Shown here one piece after another: positions 28,788-40,260 of a stretch of 64,000 nt of DNA; position 1 is the stretch's first letter, and the number at the start of each line of letters is the position of its first letter. The stretch is taken from the NCBI GenBank assembly GCA_963674735.2, contig CAXXQS010000001.1, positions 800,001-864,000 on the forward strand. Reading direction: 5' to 3'. This DNA is from Myxococcota bacterium. Its GTDB lineage: Bacteria; Myxococcota_A; SURF-8. The notes under the pieces were generated by a model. It searched no databases and was not told the origin of the DNA. It was given only the letters and a program-made list of their open reading frames with translations. The translations under genes were made by a program, and so were the position numbers.

Positions 28788-30959
28788 ATGCAGGAATTGA
28801 CCTACGCAGCGATCGTAGCGGGCGCGTTGGCGCTGGTGTTCGCCTTTATTAAGGCGAGATGGGTGAAGAAACAGGAGGTCGGCACGGATCGTATGAAGGA
28901 AATCGCCGGTTACATCCAAGAGGGTGCAATGGCCTTCCTTGGACGTGAGTACAAAGTTTTGTCGATTTTCGTGCTCGTCGTCGCTGTTTTGCTTGCGGTC
29001 AGCAACAACATCGATGGATCCCACTGGATGATCGCGGTGTCGTTTGTGTTTGGTGCCTTCTGCTCGGCTCTGGCAGGGTATTTCGGTATGCGCGTGGCGA
29101 CCAACGCCAACGTGCGTACAGCCAACAAAGCCCGCGTCAGCCTGAACGACGGCCTGGCGGTCGCGTTCTCGGGTGGTACGGTTATGGGGATGTGCGTGGT
29201 CGGCCTCGGCGTCTTGGGCCTGTCGATCCTGTTCCTGTCTTATCAGGCTTTCTGGCCGGGCCAGGACAACCTGATGAAGGTGATCAATGTCGTGTCCGGT
29301 TTCTCGCTGGGTGCTTCGTCGATCGCGTTGTTCGCTCGTGTGGGCGGCGGCATTTACACCAAAGCGGCCGATGTCGGCGCCGATTTGGTTGGTAAAGTGG
29401 AAGCCGGTATCCCCGAGGATGATCCGCGTAACCCCGCGACCATCGCCGATAACGTGGGCGACAACGTCGGTGACGTGGCCGGAATGGGTGCGGACCTTTT
29501 CGAGTCCTATGTCGGTTCGATCATCGGTGCGATGGTTCTCGGTGCCGTGGCGGTGCTCGTCAACGCCAATGGCAAAACGCTCAACGATCTACAGCTGGCC
29601 TTGATTCAGCTTCCGCTGGCGCTGGCCGCTCTCGGCATCGTGTTGTCGATCGTGGCCACGTTCTTCGTGCGTACCAAAGAAGGCGGCAATCCGCAGACGG
29701 CTCTGAATGCCGGAACCTTCGGCGCGGCGATCATGATGATCATCGTCAGCTATTTCCTCATCCAATACATCATGGGCGGCATGTCCTATGCGATGAGCCA
29801 GGGTGGCGTGGAATTCAAATATTGGGGTATCTGGGTGGCGATGACCTCCGGTCTGGTCGCCGGTACCTTCATCGGTATTGCCACTGAATACTACTGCGCT
29901 CCCGATCGTGGTCCGGTGAAAGGCATCGGACAGGCTTCGCTGACCGGTCCGGCCACCAACATCATCGCCGGCTTGGCCGTCGGTATGAAATCGACCGCTA
30001 TTCCGGTTATCCTGATTGCGTGTGCCGTTGTCGTGGCGTACAAATTCGCGGGTCTCTACGGTATTGCCATTTCCGCTCTCGGTATGCTGGCCACCACCGG
30101 TATCCAGCTGGCCGTCGACGCTTACGGTCCGGTGTCCGATAACGCCGGTGGAATCGCCGAAATGTGTGAACTGGGTAAGGAAGTGCGTAATCGTACCGAC
30201 AAGCTGGACGCAGTGGGCAACACCACCGCCGCCATCGGTAAAGGTTTCGCCATCGGTTCCGCGGCCCTGACCGCTTTGGCTCTGTTTGCCGCTTACATCT
30301 CCAAGATGCACGGCAACATCACGGCCATCGACGTGACCAACCCCAATACCATGGCGGGTCTGTTCATCGGCGCGATGCTGCCCTTCCTGTTCTCCTCCAT
30401 GGCCATGACGGCTGTCGGTGAAGCCGCTCAGTCGATGATCGAGGAAGTGCGCCGCCAGTTCAAGAGCATTCCCGAACTGAAAGCCGCGTTGGAAGTGATG
30501 CGCAAGATCGGTGACAATGCTCCCAACGAAGAGGAAAAGAAGATCCTCGATGCGTCCATCGGCAAAGCCGAATACGCCAAATGCGTCGATATTTCCACCG
30601 CAGCGGCGATCCGCAAGATGGTGCTTCCCGGAACCATGGCGGTTACCGTGCCGGTGCTCGTCGGCTTGTGGTCCCCGATGATGCTGGGTGGCTTGTTGGC
30701 AGGCGTTACCGTTTCCGGTGTATGCATGGCCATCTTCCAGTCGAATGCGGGTGGTGCCTGGGATAACGCCAAGAAATACATCGAAGAAGGGCATCATGGC
30801 GGCAAAGGCTCGGAAGCTCATAAAGCGGCGGTCACCGGTGACACCGTAGGCGACCCCTTCAAGGATACGTCGGGTCCCTCGTTGAACATCCTGATCAAGC
30901 TGATGAGCGTTGTGGCGATGGTTATCGCTCCGATCCTTTACAACATCCACTTCGCCTAA
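28788..30959 (+). CDS. hppA: K+-dependent membrane pyrophosphatase (probably Na+-translocating)
   Basis: [11 protein letters not shown] and DNVGDNVGD motifs; GNTTAA (Ala indicates K+-dependence); ADLFESY. Start at MQELTY after GGAGG. Confidence 0.95.
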   Translation: MQELTYAAIVAGALALVFAFIKARWVKKQEVGTDRMKEIAGYIQEGAMAFLGREYKVLSIFVLVVAVLLAVSNNIDGSHWMIAVSFVFGAFCSALAGYFGMRVATNANVRTANKARVSLNDGLAVAFSGGTVMGMCVVGLGVLGLSILFLSYQAFWPGQDNLMKVINVVSGFSLGASSIALFARVGGGIYTKAADVGADLVGKVEAGIPEDDPRNPATIADNVGDNVGDVAGMGADLFESYVGSIIGAMVLGAVAVLVNANGKTLNDLQLALIQLPLALAALGIVLSIVATFFVRTKEGGNPQTALNAGTFGAAIMMIIVSYFLIQYIMGGMSYAMSQGGVEFKYWGIWVAMTSGLVAGTFIGIATEYYCAPDRGPVKGIGQASLTGPATNIIAGLAVGMKSTAIPVILIACAVVVAYKFAGLYGIAISALGMLATTGIQLAVDAYGPVSDNAGGIAEMCELGKEVRNRTDKLDAVGNTTAAIGKGFAIGSAALTALALFAAYISKMHGNITAIDVTNPNTMAGLFIGAMLPFLFSSMAMTAVGEAAQSMIEEVRRQFKSIPELKAALEVMRKIGDNAPNEEEKKILDASIGKAEYAKCVDISTAAAIRKMVLPGTMAVTVPVLVGLWSPMMLGGLLAGVTVSGVCMAIFQSNAGGAWDNAKKYIEEGHHGGKGSEAHKAAVTGDTVGDPFKDTSGPSLNILIKLMSVVAMVIAPILYNIHFA

Positions 30960-30979
30960 GCTTCTATCAGTCCATCCAT

Positions 30980-31010
30980 AAAGCCCCGGTCATCTGGCCG
31001 GGGCTTTTTT
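30980..31010 (+). terminator. Intrinsic terminator after hppA
   Basis: AAAGCCCCGGTCA-TC-TGGCCGGGGCTTTTTT. Confidence 0.85.
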
Positions 31011-31318
31011 GTGTGCAGGTCGGTGGCCTGGCGGTGTGCGGTAAGTGAAAGCGATTAGAGGATATTTAAAAGCAGGGCAGGTGGGTGAATTCGTTGAATG
31101 CGCTGTTGAGACGATCTGCCGCGATTTCCGAATTCCACGCTTTTGGCGAAAATGGGTTCGTTTCGGTCTATGAGATAACTGTCCCAGCCAAATTGCGCGG
31201 ACTATTTTGGCAAAACGGTCTACTTCTGCAGCCCATCAGAATCAACCGGTGTTATTCTGGCCTGGCAGAGCCGGATGAAGAGAAATCACGAAAGTCCCGA
31301 CTGCCGAAGCTTGTATCC

Positions 31319-33697
31319 TTACGGAGTTTCGCCTACGCCGGTTTCGCTATATGTCGCGCCATAGCTGTTGTCTCCATTATGGTGGGCGCTGGCATCGAGG
31401 CAGACATTTGTATTGGAGAAGTCGTTGAAGTGCCACAATCCCATCGTGAAGGCATCGGGAACGAACGCCATCTGCTCGGTATAGCTGTTTCCTTCGTAGC
31501 GTGCAATTTTACTGACACGCACTTCATCGATATAACCGCGAAATCCCCATACTGCGTATTCGTCGAGTTGACCGACGGCCAGGTAGTCTTGCTGAAATCC
31601 GAAAGGCGTACTCCACCCCAAGGTGTTGGGTGCGTGGGCTTCAAGGACGCCGTTGACGTATAGATCCAGCCGGTCTTCGGCCCAAACGGTTGCGACGTGA
31701 TTCCAGGCTCCAATATCGATGGCATTGTTGCTGGAATGAATCCAGCCGGTTTTGGTGCTGCCGTCGGCATATTCCACGGCCGCGCCGAAGCGCGCCACCG
31801 CCGGGCGGTCGGCTCCACCTGCGTCGAAATTATTGCAGACGAGCAGAATGTAGTTGCCGACCGGTGATTGCAGCCATTTTTCCATGATGGCGTTGCCGCT
31901 GTTGTTGCAGTTTCCGGTTAGTTCCGTGGGGAAGATCCAGGCCTCCAGTGTGAACTCGGCATTGGGATCGTAATCATGTTCTTCATCCGGGATCAACAAG
32001 CGGTTTGCTCCGTCATAATAGAGTGACCACCCATCGCTGCAGGCACCCGTATCCGGGTCGCAAAAGAAACCGTCTTCACAGTCGGGGCCGGACTCCCATT
32101 CGCCTTGACTGTTGCATTGTTCGGTGCCCAGTAGATCTTCCGTACAACGTGTGTCGCCGGGAGAGCAGCTGGAACAGACTCCGTCCGCACAATTGGGCGT
32201 TTCAGCCGGACAGGGGCCTTGGAGATCCCAGCCATTGACGATCAGCGCGCCGCTCGACCCGTCGCGGGTGCAGATGTAGATATCGTTGATGTCTTCACCG
32301 GCGCTTTCATCACCACAGCGTGTGTCACCGATCAGGCAGGCGACGCAATAGCCGTCTGCGCAATACGGGGTATCGGCCGGGCAAGGTTGCAGTTGCCATT
32401 CTCCGGCGGCATTGCAAACCAAGTGAGCCAGTCCGTCGCAGCGGCTGGACCCGGGGGCGCATTCCAAGCACACATACGAGGTTCCGCCATCCAAACTTGC
32501 GCAAGTCGGGGTATCTCCGGAGCAGTCTTCCTCCAAAATCCATTCGCCGCCTTGGCACTCATAGATTCCCCAATCGTCGTCGCCGGGATGGCCGCACCAC
32601 AGATCACCATCGGAACAGGGGGAGCATACACCGGATGAGCAGGCCGGTTCCGGTCCGAGGCAATATTCGCGAACCCAGTCTCCCGCCTCATTACAGGTTA
32701 CGGCCTCGCGGCCCTCGCAGAAGGCCGTTCCGGTATTGCAGGTGACGCAGCCATCCAGACGGCAGACGGGCGTGTCGTTTTGGCAGGTTTCTTGGGTTTG
32801 CCAGGCTCCTGTGATGTCGCATTGCTGTCGTTCAGACCCCAGACAACGCCATTCATCGGGTGTGCAGCCGCCGGAAGTACAACCATTGATCGGGTCGCAG
32901 TATTCGTGCAGCGCGCAAGCGTTGTCGTCGGGAACATTTCGACAACCCGTCGGTTCCGAGCAATCGTCATAGGTGCAGTCTACTTCGTCGTCGCAGTCGT
33001 CTAGCGATCCGTTGCAAACCCCGTCCGTGCAAGCGTCGTTGAGGGTGCAAGTCAGCGAGTCGTCGCAGATCCGGCCGTTCTCCACATTGCTGTACCGATC
33101 ATCCGCAACATCGGGCCGACAGGCTTTGCAGCTATTCTCTTGCTGGACGGTCCCTTCGTCTATGCAGGTCTCGTCGATCAGACAATAGCCGCTTTTTAGC
33201 GTGAATTCACAATCCGTACCGTCAAACAGGTCTTCGGTGCAGTGCAGATAATCTTCACAACGGACATTGTGATCCGCGTCGCCATCCGCTGTTGCGTCGC
33301 CATCGATCACGGGACTTTCGTCGTCTCCATCGGTCCCGTCTCCGTCCGGGGTGTCGCCATCCGGTGCATCGCCGTCGGCCGGTTCATCGTCCGGAACACA
33401 AATTCCCGAGTCTTGGTCGCAAATCCAACCTGGATCGCAGTCGATATCCTCGCGGCACTCCACGTCAGCGACATAGGGATAGCAATAGCCCTTGTTTTCA
33501 TCACAATACATCCCGGCCGGGCAATCGCCGTCTCCCTCGCAGGGCGGGCAGTCGAAACCGGTGGGACAATCGGGAGCGCCGGTCGTCCCGGACGGTGCCT
33601 GGTCTCCATCGGTAGGGACGGTATTTCCAGAGTCACCGCAGGCCGTCAATGCGAATAGCAATGCGGTAAATGTCAGTGATAAAGTGAGATGTCTCAT
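31319..33697 (-). CDS. Cys-rich lipoprotein with DGD linker and C-terminal LamG/concanavalin-like domain
   Basis: Lipobox LTAC; many Cys modules; FTLEAWIFP..WNHVATV..LYVNG..GYIDEVRVS..LWHFN motif set. Confidence 0.88.
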   Translation of the reverse strand: MRHLTLSLTFTALLFALTACGDSGNTVPTDGDQAPSGTTGAPDCPTGFDCPPCEGDGDCPAGMYCDENKGYCYPYVADVECREDIDCDPGWICDQDSGICVPDDEPADGDAPDGDTPDGDGTDGDDESPVIDGDATADGDADHNVRCEDYLHCTEDLFDGTDCEFTLKSGYCLIDETCIDEGTVQQENSCKACRPDVADDRYSNVENGRICDDSLTCTLNDACTDGVCNGSLDDCDDEVDCTYDDCSEPTGCRNVPDDNACALHEYCDPINGCTSGGCTPDEWRCLGSERQQCDITGAWQTQETCQNDTPVCRLDGCVTCNTGTAFCEGREAVTCNEAGDWVREYCLGPEPACSSGVCSPCSDGDLWCGHPGDDDWGIYECQGGEWILEEDCSGDTPTCASLDGGTSYVCLECAPGSSRCDGLAHLVCNAAGEWQLQPCPADTPYCADGYCVACLIGDTRCGDESAGEDINDIYICTRDGSSGALIVNGWDLQGPCPAETPNCADGVCSSCSPGDTRCTEDLLGTEQCNSQGEWESGPDCEDGFFCDPDTGACSDGWSLYYDGANRLLIPDEEHDYDPNAEFTLEAWIFPTELTGNCNNSGNAIMEKWLQSPVGNYILLVCNNFDAGGADRPAVARFGAAVEYADGSTKTGWIHSSNNAIDIGAWNHVATVWAEDRLDLYVNGVLEAHAPNTLGWSTPFGFQQDYLAVGQLDEYAVWGFRGYIDEVRVSKIARYEGNSYTEQMAFVPDAFTMGLWHFNDFSNTNVCLDASAHHNGDNSYGATYSETGVGETP

Positions 33698-33847
33698 GGT
33701 TTTGTCCTTGTTGTGCGTGTCGGCAAGCCCAGAGAGTATACCCGAATTGTACAACTTCGCCAAGCGGATCGTATTTACAAATCATGAGCTTTTTGCTAGT
33801 GTGCTGACTGTGTGACGGGATTGTTACAACTAGACGAGGAGTGGATC

Positions 33848-34456
33848 ATGAGTAGCCAGAAAGTGGATGCGCGTGGCAAAACCTGCCCTGTGCCGCTGGT
33901 AATGACCAAGAAAGTGTTTGATGCTCTGGCCGAGGGGCAAAAGATGCAGGTTGTTGTCGATAACGATACTTCGGCGAAAAACATCGAAACATTCGTCTGT
34001 GAGTCGGGCGGCAAGGCCGTTTTGCTCAAAGATGGTGTCGAAACGACCCTGACGCTGACGAAGGGTGAGCAGGCTGTGTCAGGTGAAGCCGAGGTTTATT
34101 GTTCAAGCGGGATTGCCGCTGCGCATGTAATCTACGTTTCGTCCGATCGTGTCAGTGAAGGTGAGAACCAAGATCTCGGACTGGCGCTGATGCAGACTTT
34201 TCTGCAAACTATCAAGGATATTCGCCCTTTGCCGTCGCACGTCATTTTCATGCATCGGGGGGTGACTTTACTCAAAGAGGGGACGAAAACGGCCGAAGCC
34301 GCTTGCGAGCTGAAAGAACTGGGAGTCGGCATCATTGCTTGCGGAACCTGCCTGGATTATTTTAAGGTGATGGATCAGCGAGCGTGTGGCAAGGTTTCCA
34401 ACATGTATGATATCCTCTCGCTTATGACGACTGCCGGGAAAATCATCAAACCGTAG
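33848..34456 (+). CDS. yedF: Sulfurtransferase-like selenium metabolism protein (TusA plus DsrE domains)
   Basis: VDARGKTCPVP, CGTCLDYF and GKVSNMYDI motifs; adjacent to selD. Confidence 0.88.
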   Translation: MSSQKVDARGKTCPVPLVMTKKVFDALAEGQKMQVVVDNDTSAKNIETFVCESGGKAVLLKDGVETTLTLTKGEQAVSGEAEVYCSSGIAAAHVIYVSSDRVSEGENQDLGLALMQTFLQTIKDIRPLPSHVIFMHRGVTLLKEGTKTAEAACELKELGVGIIACGTCLDYFKVMDQRACGKVSNMYDILSLMTTAGKIIKP

Positions 34457-34469
34457 TAAGAGAGGTCTT

Positions 34470-35537
34470 ATGAACGATCTACCCCCCCAAAGCGGGTCTA
34501 TACCGGTGCGACTGGCTAACACGGTCGAAGCCGGGGGGTGCTCGGCCAAGCTTGGTCCCAAACAACTGGGGGAGATTCTCGCCCAAGTGCCGCTCATGCA
34601 GCATGCGGATATTATCGTGGGGGCCGAATCGCACGACGATGCGGGGGTGTTACGCCTCGCGGATGGTCAATACCTTATCGCCACCACCGATTTCTTTCCT
34701 CCCATGGTGGACGATCCGTATGAATTCGGACAAGTGGCCGCCGCAAACGCTCTTTCGGATGTGTATGCCATGGGTGGCAAGCCGCTGTATGCGTTGAGCC
34801 TGGTCATGTTTCCTTCCAAGCAATTCGACGATGAGGTTCTGGTTGCCATGTTGAAGGGGGGAGCTGACAAGGCTCGTGAGGCCGGTTGCCTGATTTTGGG
34901 GGGGCACACCATCGACGACGCCCCCATCAAGTACGGCTTGGCCATTACCGGCATCGTCACTCCCGAGCTGCTCGTAACCAACGCCGGGGCACGTCCGGGT
35001 GATGTTTTGGTGCTGACCAAACCACTCGGGACGTCCATCCTGGCCGGGGCGCGCAAGGCGGATCTCATCGATGAAGCGGGGATGCATCCGGCCATCGTTT
35101 CGATGACGACGCTCAACGATATCGGTGCGCGTCACATGAATCGAGTAGCCGCCCATGGTGCCACCGACATCACCGGGTTTGGTTTGTTGGGCCATGCTTT
35201 TCGTTTTGCCGATGCAAGCAAGGTGACCTTTCGTATCGAGTCGTCCCGGTTGCCGGTGTTACCCGGCGCTCTCGATCTTGTGAGCATGGGTGTGATTCCG
35301 GGTGGATGTATGCGAAATTTGGAGTTCATACGTGAGCATACGGTTTTTCTTCCGTCACTTACAGCCGAACGCAAGTGGTTGTGTCTCGATCCTCAGACCT
35401 CCGGAGGCTTGCTGATTGCGGTTGCTCCCGACCGGGCCGACACGCTGGTTGCTGGTCTCAAAAACGATGGTATGCTTGAAAGCCGAATTGTTGGAGAGGT
35501 TCACCCGCCGGGTGAAAAACGGCTTCTACTCGCCTAA
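34470..35537 (+). CDS. selD: Selenide, water dikinase (Cys form)
   Basis: GGCSAKL, DDAGV, TTDFFPP, ANALSDVYAMGG, TDITGFGLLGH and DPQTSGGLL motifs. Confidence 0.96.
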   Translation: MNDLPPQSGSIPVRLANTVEAGGCSAKLGPKQLGEILAQVPLMQHADIIVGAESHDDAGVLRLADGQYLIATTDFFPPMVDDPYEFGQVAAANALSDVYAMGGKPLYALSLVMFPSKQFDDEVLVAMLKGGADKAREAGCLILGGHTIDDAPIKYGLAITGIVTPELLVTNAGARPGDVLVLTKPLGTSILAGARKADLIDEAGMHPAIVSMTTLNDIGARHMNRVAAHGATDITGFGLLGHAFRFADASKVTFRIESSRLPVLPGALDLVSMGVIPGGCMRNLEFIREHTVFLPSLTAERKWLCLDPQTSGGLLIAVAPDRADTLVAGLKNDGMLESRIVGEVHPPGEKRLLLA

Positions 35538-35578
35538 TCACTCATCATATTTTATTCGGATTTGATGAAAGGACGTTC

Positions 35579-36556
35579 ATGCGAATCGCCATTACGGGTG
35601 CAACCGGTCATCTGGGCGCCAACCTGGTTCGGGCTCTTGTTGCTCGTGGTGAAAAGCCGCGTGTGCTGATTCACCGCGATACCCGCGCCATCGATGGTTT
35701 GCCTGTGGAGATCGTTCGCGGCGACATCTTGGACTCGGAATCTCTCGTTACCGCTTTTAAGGGCATCGATCGGGTGTATCACTTGGCCGCGCAGGTCGGT
35801 TCCGCCGGAGGGTCCGACGAGGTCATGCAGCGCATGAATGTGGAGGGCACAGCCAACGTCATTGCCGCTTGTCGCGCCTGCAAGGTGAAGCGCCTTTTAC
35901 ATTGCAGTTCGATCCGCAGCCTCAATGCAAAACCTTACAGCGAACCTCTTGATGAAAGTCGCTCTCTGGTTCCCGAAGACTTCGATATGGCCTATGACCG
36001 CACCAAAGCCCAGGCCGAGCGCCTCGTTCTCGCTGCCGTGGAAGAAGGGCTTGATGCCGTGATCGTCAATCCTACCGGTGTTTTTGGGCCTTTCGATTTT
36101 CGCCCGTCCATGCTGGGTGGTTTGTTTATCAGCTATCATCGGCGACGACTTCCGGGGCTGGTCAATGGCGGGTTCGATTGGGTGGATGTGCGTGATGTCG
36201 TCGATGGGATTTTGCGGGCGGCGGACAAAGGCCGCAGCGGCGAGCGCTACATTTTGGGTGGATATTTCCTCACTATGCCCGATCTGGCACAGCTGATGCG
36301 CGCCGCCAGTGGCGTCAAGGCTCCTTTGCTGGTCATCCCTATGCCGTTGGCCATGGCCATCGGGTCGATCACCCCGCCTTTAGCGCGTCTTACCGGTCGG
36401 CGTGCCATCTTCACACGGCAGTCATTGCGGGTTATTCAGGGTAATCCCGATACGCGACACGAGAAAGCAGCTCGGGAACTCGGTTATTCCCCGCGTCCCA
36501 TCGACGAGTCGGTGAGCGATACGTTTACCTGGTTTGCCGAAGCAGGTATGCTTTAA
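35579..36556 (+). CDS. Extended SDR, NAD-dependent epimerase/dehydratase (DFR/HpnA/3-beta-HSD-like)
   Basis: [17 protein letters not shown] and NPTGVFGP motifs. Confidence 0.92.
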
Positions 36557-36736
36557 TGGACGATTGAAATTCGCAATGGGATAGTTGTCCCCCAATCGAA
36601 TTCTCCGAGAGTAAGGGCAATTGCTTTTTCGATTCGTTTCGCTCTCAGAATGCACGGCAACAGAACGCGACAGAAAAAGGAAGGCGATCCGTCGAAGCCG
36701 GCATGCGCCACATGTGGAAACCAGGAATTCTTCCTT

Positions 36737-36910
<174 letters not shown>

Positions 36911-37170
36911 CGAAAGGGTCCAGGTCGAGCAGGCTGTTGTTCGGGGTAACCAGCGTGTAGGTCTCCGTGTTTTCACCGGCCGGATCGTGGAGTGCGCCTC
37001 CGGGATGTCGCGGTGTGACCGCCGCGCCACATCCGGTTCACTGTTTCGGTCACGGCAATTCTGATCACCTGTACCAACAGGAACAATGCAAAAAAAACGT
37101 CTTCGCCGTCAGGTGCGTAATGCCAATCAGGTTCTTTTTTTAGGACCTGCCGAACAGCCGGCGTTTTGGC

Positions 37171-37224
37171 TTGACAATGGCGGCTGTTGCGGATAAGGTC
37201 TTAGGTAGTAATGATTCCAAATAA
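37171..37224 (+). promoter_or_regulatory. Sigma-70 promoter with downstream PerR/Fur-like box
   Basis: TTGACA-N17-TAAGGT, then TAGTAATGATTCCAAATAA just before the perR RBS. Confidence 0.6.
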
Positions 37225-37233
37225 GGGGAGAGC

Positions 37234-37743
37234 ATGTCTTTATCCAAGCAGGATATCGCTCGACGTCTGAGTCACTTTCATGCGGTCGCCAAGGCGGCGG
37301 GCATCAAGCTGACGCACCAGCGCCTGGAGATCTTCCGGGAAATCGCGTCCAGTATCGAGCATCCCTCCGCCGAAATTCTATTCAACGCCCTCAAGCTGCG
37401 GTTGCCCACGCTTTCTCTGGATACGGTGTATCGTAGCCTGTGGTTGCTGAACGATCTCGGGCTCATCATGACGCTGGGTGCGCGACGTGAAAGCCTGCGA
37501 TTCGACGCCAATCTGGAGCATCATCACCATTTCGTCTGCACCCGTTGCGGACGCATCCGCGATTTTACGAGCCCTCAGCTAACGGATCTACCTATCCCCG
37601 ATGCTGTGAAAGAATTAGGCCATATCGATAGTACGCATGTCGAGGTCCGTGGGATTTGTACAACGTGTTCGAAGGACCCGGTCGAAGATTCGGCCCCCAG
37701 GAACCCCAAACAGCCGAAAGGCGAGAAAAGGAGTCGATCATGA
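37234..37743 (+). CDS. perR: Fur-family peroxide-responsive regulator
   Basis: [26 protein letters not shown] and GICTTC motifs; ATGA overlap with the catalase gene. Confidence 0.85.
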   Translation: MSLSKQDIARRLSHFHAVAKAAGIKLTHQRLEIFREIASSIEHPSAEILFNALKLRLPTLSLDTVYRSLWLLNDLGLIMTLGARRESLRFDANLEHHHHFVCTRCGRIRDFTSPQLTDLPIPDAVKELGHIDSTHVEVRGICTTCSKDPVEDSAPRNPKQPKGEKRSRS

Positions 37744-39200
37744 CGGACAAGAAAAAATTGACGAATAACGCCGGTGCGCCGGTTGCCGACAACCAGAACG
37801 TAATGACCGCCGGACCGCGCGGTCCGATGCTGCTTCAGGATGCCTGGTTTCTGGAGAAGCTGGCCCACTTCGACCGGGAGGTCATTCCCGAGCGTCGCAT
37901 GCATGCCAAGGGTTCCGGAGCCTACGGAACCTTCACCGTAACGCACGATATCACGGCCTATACCAAAGCCAAGATCTTCTCGGAAGTCGGCAAGAAAACC
38001 GACTGCTTTCTGCGCTTCTCCACCGTGGCGGGCGAGCGCGGAGCGGCGGACGCCGAGCGCGACATCCGGGGCGTGGCCATGAAATTTTATACCGAGGAAG
38101 GCAACTGGGATCTGGTGGGCAACAACACGCCGGTGTTCTTTTTGAAAGACCCGCTCAAGTTTCCCGACCTCAATCACGCCGTCAAGCGCGATCCCAAGAC
38201 CAATCTGCGCAGCGCGCGCAACAACTGGGACTTCTGGACCTCGCTGCCCGAATCGCTGCATCAGGTGACCATCACCATGAGCGATCGCGGTATTCCGCTA
38301 TCCTATCGTCACATGAATGCCTATGGCAGCCATACCTTCAGCCTGATCAATGCCGCCAACGAACGGTACTGGGTCAAGTTTCACTTCAAGACCCAACAAG
38401 GCATCAAAAACCTGACGGACGCCGAAGCCGAGGCGGTGATCGGGAAGTGTCGCGAAAGCCACCAGCGCGACCTATTCGACGCGATCGAAAAGGGCGATTT
38501 CCCTAAGTGGAAGCTGAAGATTCAGGTGGTACCCGAGAAAGAAGCGGCTAACTTCCCATTCAATCCCTTCGATCTGACCAAGGTCTGGCCGCACAAGGAC
38601 TACCCGTTGATCGATGTCGGTGTGTTGGAGTTGAACCGCAACCCCGAAAACTACTTTGCCGAAGTGGAGCAATCCGCCTTCAATCCGGCCAACATCGTGC
38701 CGGGCATCGGCTTCTCGCCCGACAAAATGCTGCAGGGGCGGTTGTTCTCTTACGGCGACGCCCAGCGCTATCGGCTCGGCGTCAACCACCACCTCATTCC
38801 GGTCAATGCTTCCCGTTGTCCCTTCCACAATTACCATCGTGACGGTGCGATGCGCGTGGACGGCAACCATGGCGGCACGCTCGGCTACGAACCCAATAGT
38901 TACGGCGAGTGGCAGGAGCAACCCGATTTTAGCGAGCCGCCGCTGGCCCTCGACGGTCCGGCCGATCACTGGAATCATCGCGAGGACGACGACGATTACT
39001 ACACCCAGCCGGGCAACCTGTTCCGCGCTATGAGCCCCGAGCAGAAAAAGGCGTTATTCGAGAATACCGCCCGCGCCATGGGCGATGCGCCGAAGGAAAT
39101 CAAGCTTCGCCACATCGGCAACTGCGCCAAAGCCGATCCCGCTTATGGCGAAGGCGTGGCCAGTATGTTGGAGATTTCCATGCGTGAGGTGTCGAAGTAA
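37740..39200 (+). CDS. katA: Monofunctional small-subunit heme catalase
   Basis: [32 protein letters not shown] and RLFSYGDAQ motifs. Start at MTDKKKLT. Confidence 0.97.
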   Translation: MTDKKKLTNNAGAPVADNQNVMTAGPRGPMLLQDAWFLEKLAHFDREVIPERRMHAKGSGAYGTFTVTHDITAYTKAKIFSEVGKKTDCFLRFSTVAGERGAADAERDIRGVAMKFYTEEGNWDLVGNNTPVFFLKDPLKFPDLNHAVKRDPKTNLRSARNNWDFWTSLPESLHQVTITMSDRGIPLSYRHMNAYGSHTFSLINAANERYWVKFHFKTQQGIKNLTDAEAEAVIGKCRESHQRDLFDAIEKGDFPKWKLKIQVVPEKEAANFPFNPFDLTKVWPHKDYPLIDVGVLELNRNPENYFAEVEQSAFNPANIVPGIGFSPDKMLQGRLFSYGDAQRYRLGVNHHLIPVNASRCPFHNYHRDGAMRVDGNHGGTLGYEPNSYGEWQEQPDFSEPPLALDGPADHWNHREDDDDYYTQPGNLFRAMSPEQKKALFENTARAMGDAPKEIKLRHIGNCAKADPAYGEGVASMLEISMREVSK

Positions 39201-39289
39201 GGCGTTTCGGAATCAATTGCTCCGATCGTATGCGCGTGGCGTAAAAGAGAATAGAGCGGGTGGCGGGTCTGACTGCCACCCGTTTTTTT
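39184..39289 (+). repeat. katA 3' end plus terminator, copy 1 (terminator 39256-39289)
   Basis: Aligns by eye with 40154-40260 at roughly 75-80% identity. Confidence 0.8.
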
Positions 39290-39379
39290 ATTGCTTGACA
39301 TATCAAAATAAGATTCCTAATAAATAATAATTACAGGGGCAATTTTTTGTGTATTTTCACAAAGGAAAGGGGTGGAGAA

Positions 39380-40003
39380 ATGAAAACGTTAAAGGGAAAT
39401 TGGATTTTTATATTAATTGGAATTCTGGTTTTAGGTTTGGCGCTGGTTTCATGCCTCGACATAGGCGAGGATGATGACGAAGAGAATGACGGAAAAAGCG
39501 ACCGAGAGTTGTGTGAAGATGCCTGCGATGATCTGATGGATCTTTGTGAAGACATCGATGATGAAGACGAATGTGTGGATGAATGTAGGGATGAAATCAA
39601 AGATTTGGATGACGACGAAAAAGATGACGCGCTCGATTGCATCGGTGACGCCGACAGTTGCGCCGAGGCCATCGCTTGCAAAGAGGGTGGCCACCATAAT
39701 GACGGCGACGTGAATGACGGCGACGTGAATGACGGCGATGTGTATGATGGCGATGTGTACGATGGCGATGTGTATGACGGCGATGTGTATGACGGAGATG
39801 TGAACGACGCGATTTGCGAGGCGGCCTGCTTCACGCTGATGCAACTGTGTGACGAACTCGACGACCTGTCGGATTGCCTCATGGAATGCGAGGATACCAT
39901 TTACGGATTGACGGAAGCGGAAATCCAGGCCGCACTTAATTGCATCAACAGTGCTTACAGTTGTGAAGAAGCCATGGAATGCGGATGGGAGGATTATTAT
40001 TAA
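39380..40003 (+). CDS. Acidic Cys-rich lipoprotein with two helical Cys modules and a (N/Y)DGDV x7 linker
   Basis: GGAG RBS; lipobox LVSC; 15-bp tandem repeat at 39698-39802. Confidence 0.85.
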   Translation: MKTLKGNWIFILIGILVLGLALVSCLDIGEDDDEENDGKSDRELCEDACDDLMDLCEDIDDEDECVDECRDEIKDLDDDEKDDALDCIGDADSCAEAIACKEGGHHNDGDVNDGDVNDGDVYDGDVYDGDVYDGDVYDGDVNDAICEAACFTLMQLCDELDDLSDCLMECEDTIYGLTEAEIQAALNCINSAYSCEEAMECGWEDYY

Positions 40004-40096
40004 GCCGCTGAAGGTTTCATGTTGCTTTCCGATTCTGGAGGTGTCCGGCTATCCTCCTCCCGTTTCAGTTTAGTCACCCGTTAAAGTGCGGGTTTC

Positions 40097-40131
40097 GGGG
40101 CAGGACGATTTCCTGCCCCCTTTTGTTTTTT
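40097..40131 (+). terminator. Intrinsic terminator after the lipoprotein gene
   Basis: GGGGCAGG-N7-CCTGCCCC followed by CTTTTGTTTTTT. Confidence 0.75.
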
Positions 40132-40153
40132 GACTTCTCGGAATCAGTGCTCA

Positions 40154-40260
40154 GTGAGGTGCCGAAGTAAGTCGTTTCGGACTCCATCTTTGCGATCGGC
40201 TGTGCATGGCGTAGAAACGAAACATAGAGCGGGTGGCGGTTTCGACTGCCGCCTGCTTTT
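40154..40260 (+). repeat. katA 3' end plus terminator, degenerate copy 2
   Basis: GTGAGGTGCCGAAGTAAGTCGTTTCGG...ATAGAGCGGGTGGCGG..GACTGCC. Confidence 0.8.

Noticed and set aside
34530-34550. Selenocysteine in SelD
   Set aside because: The active-site codon is TGC (Cys), with no in-frame TGA.
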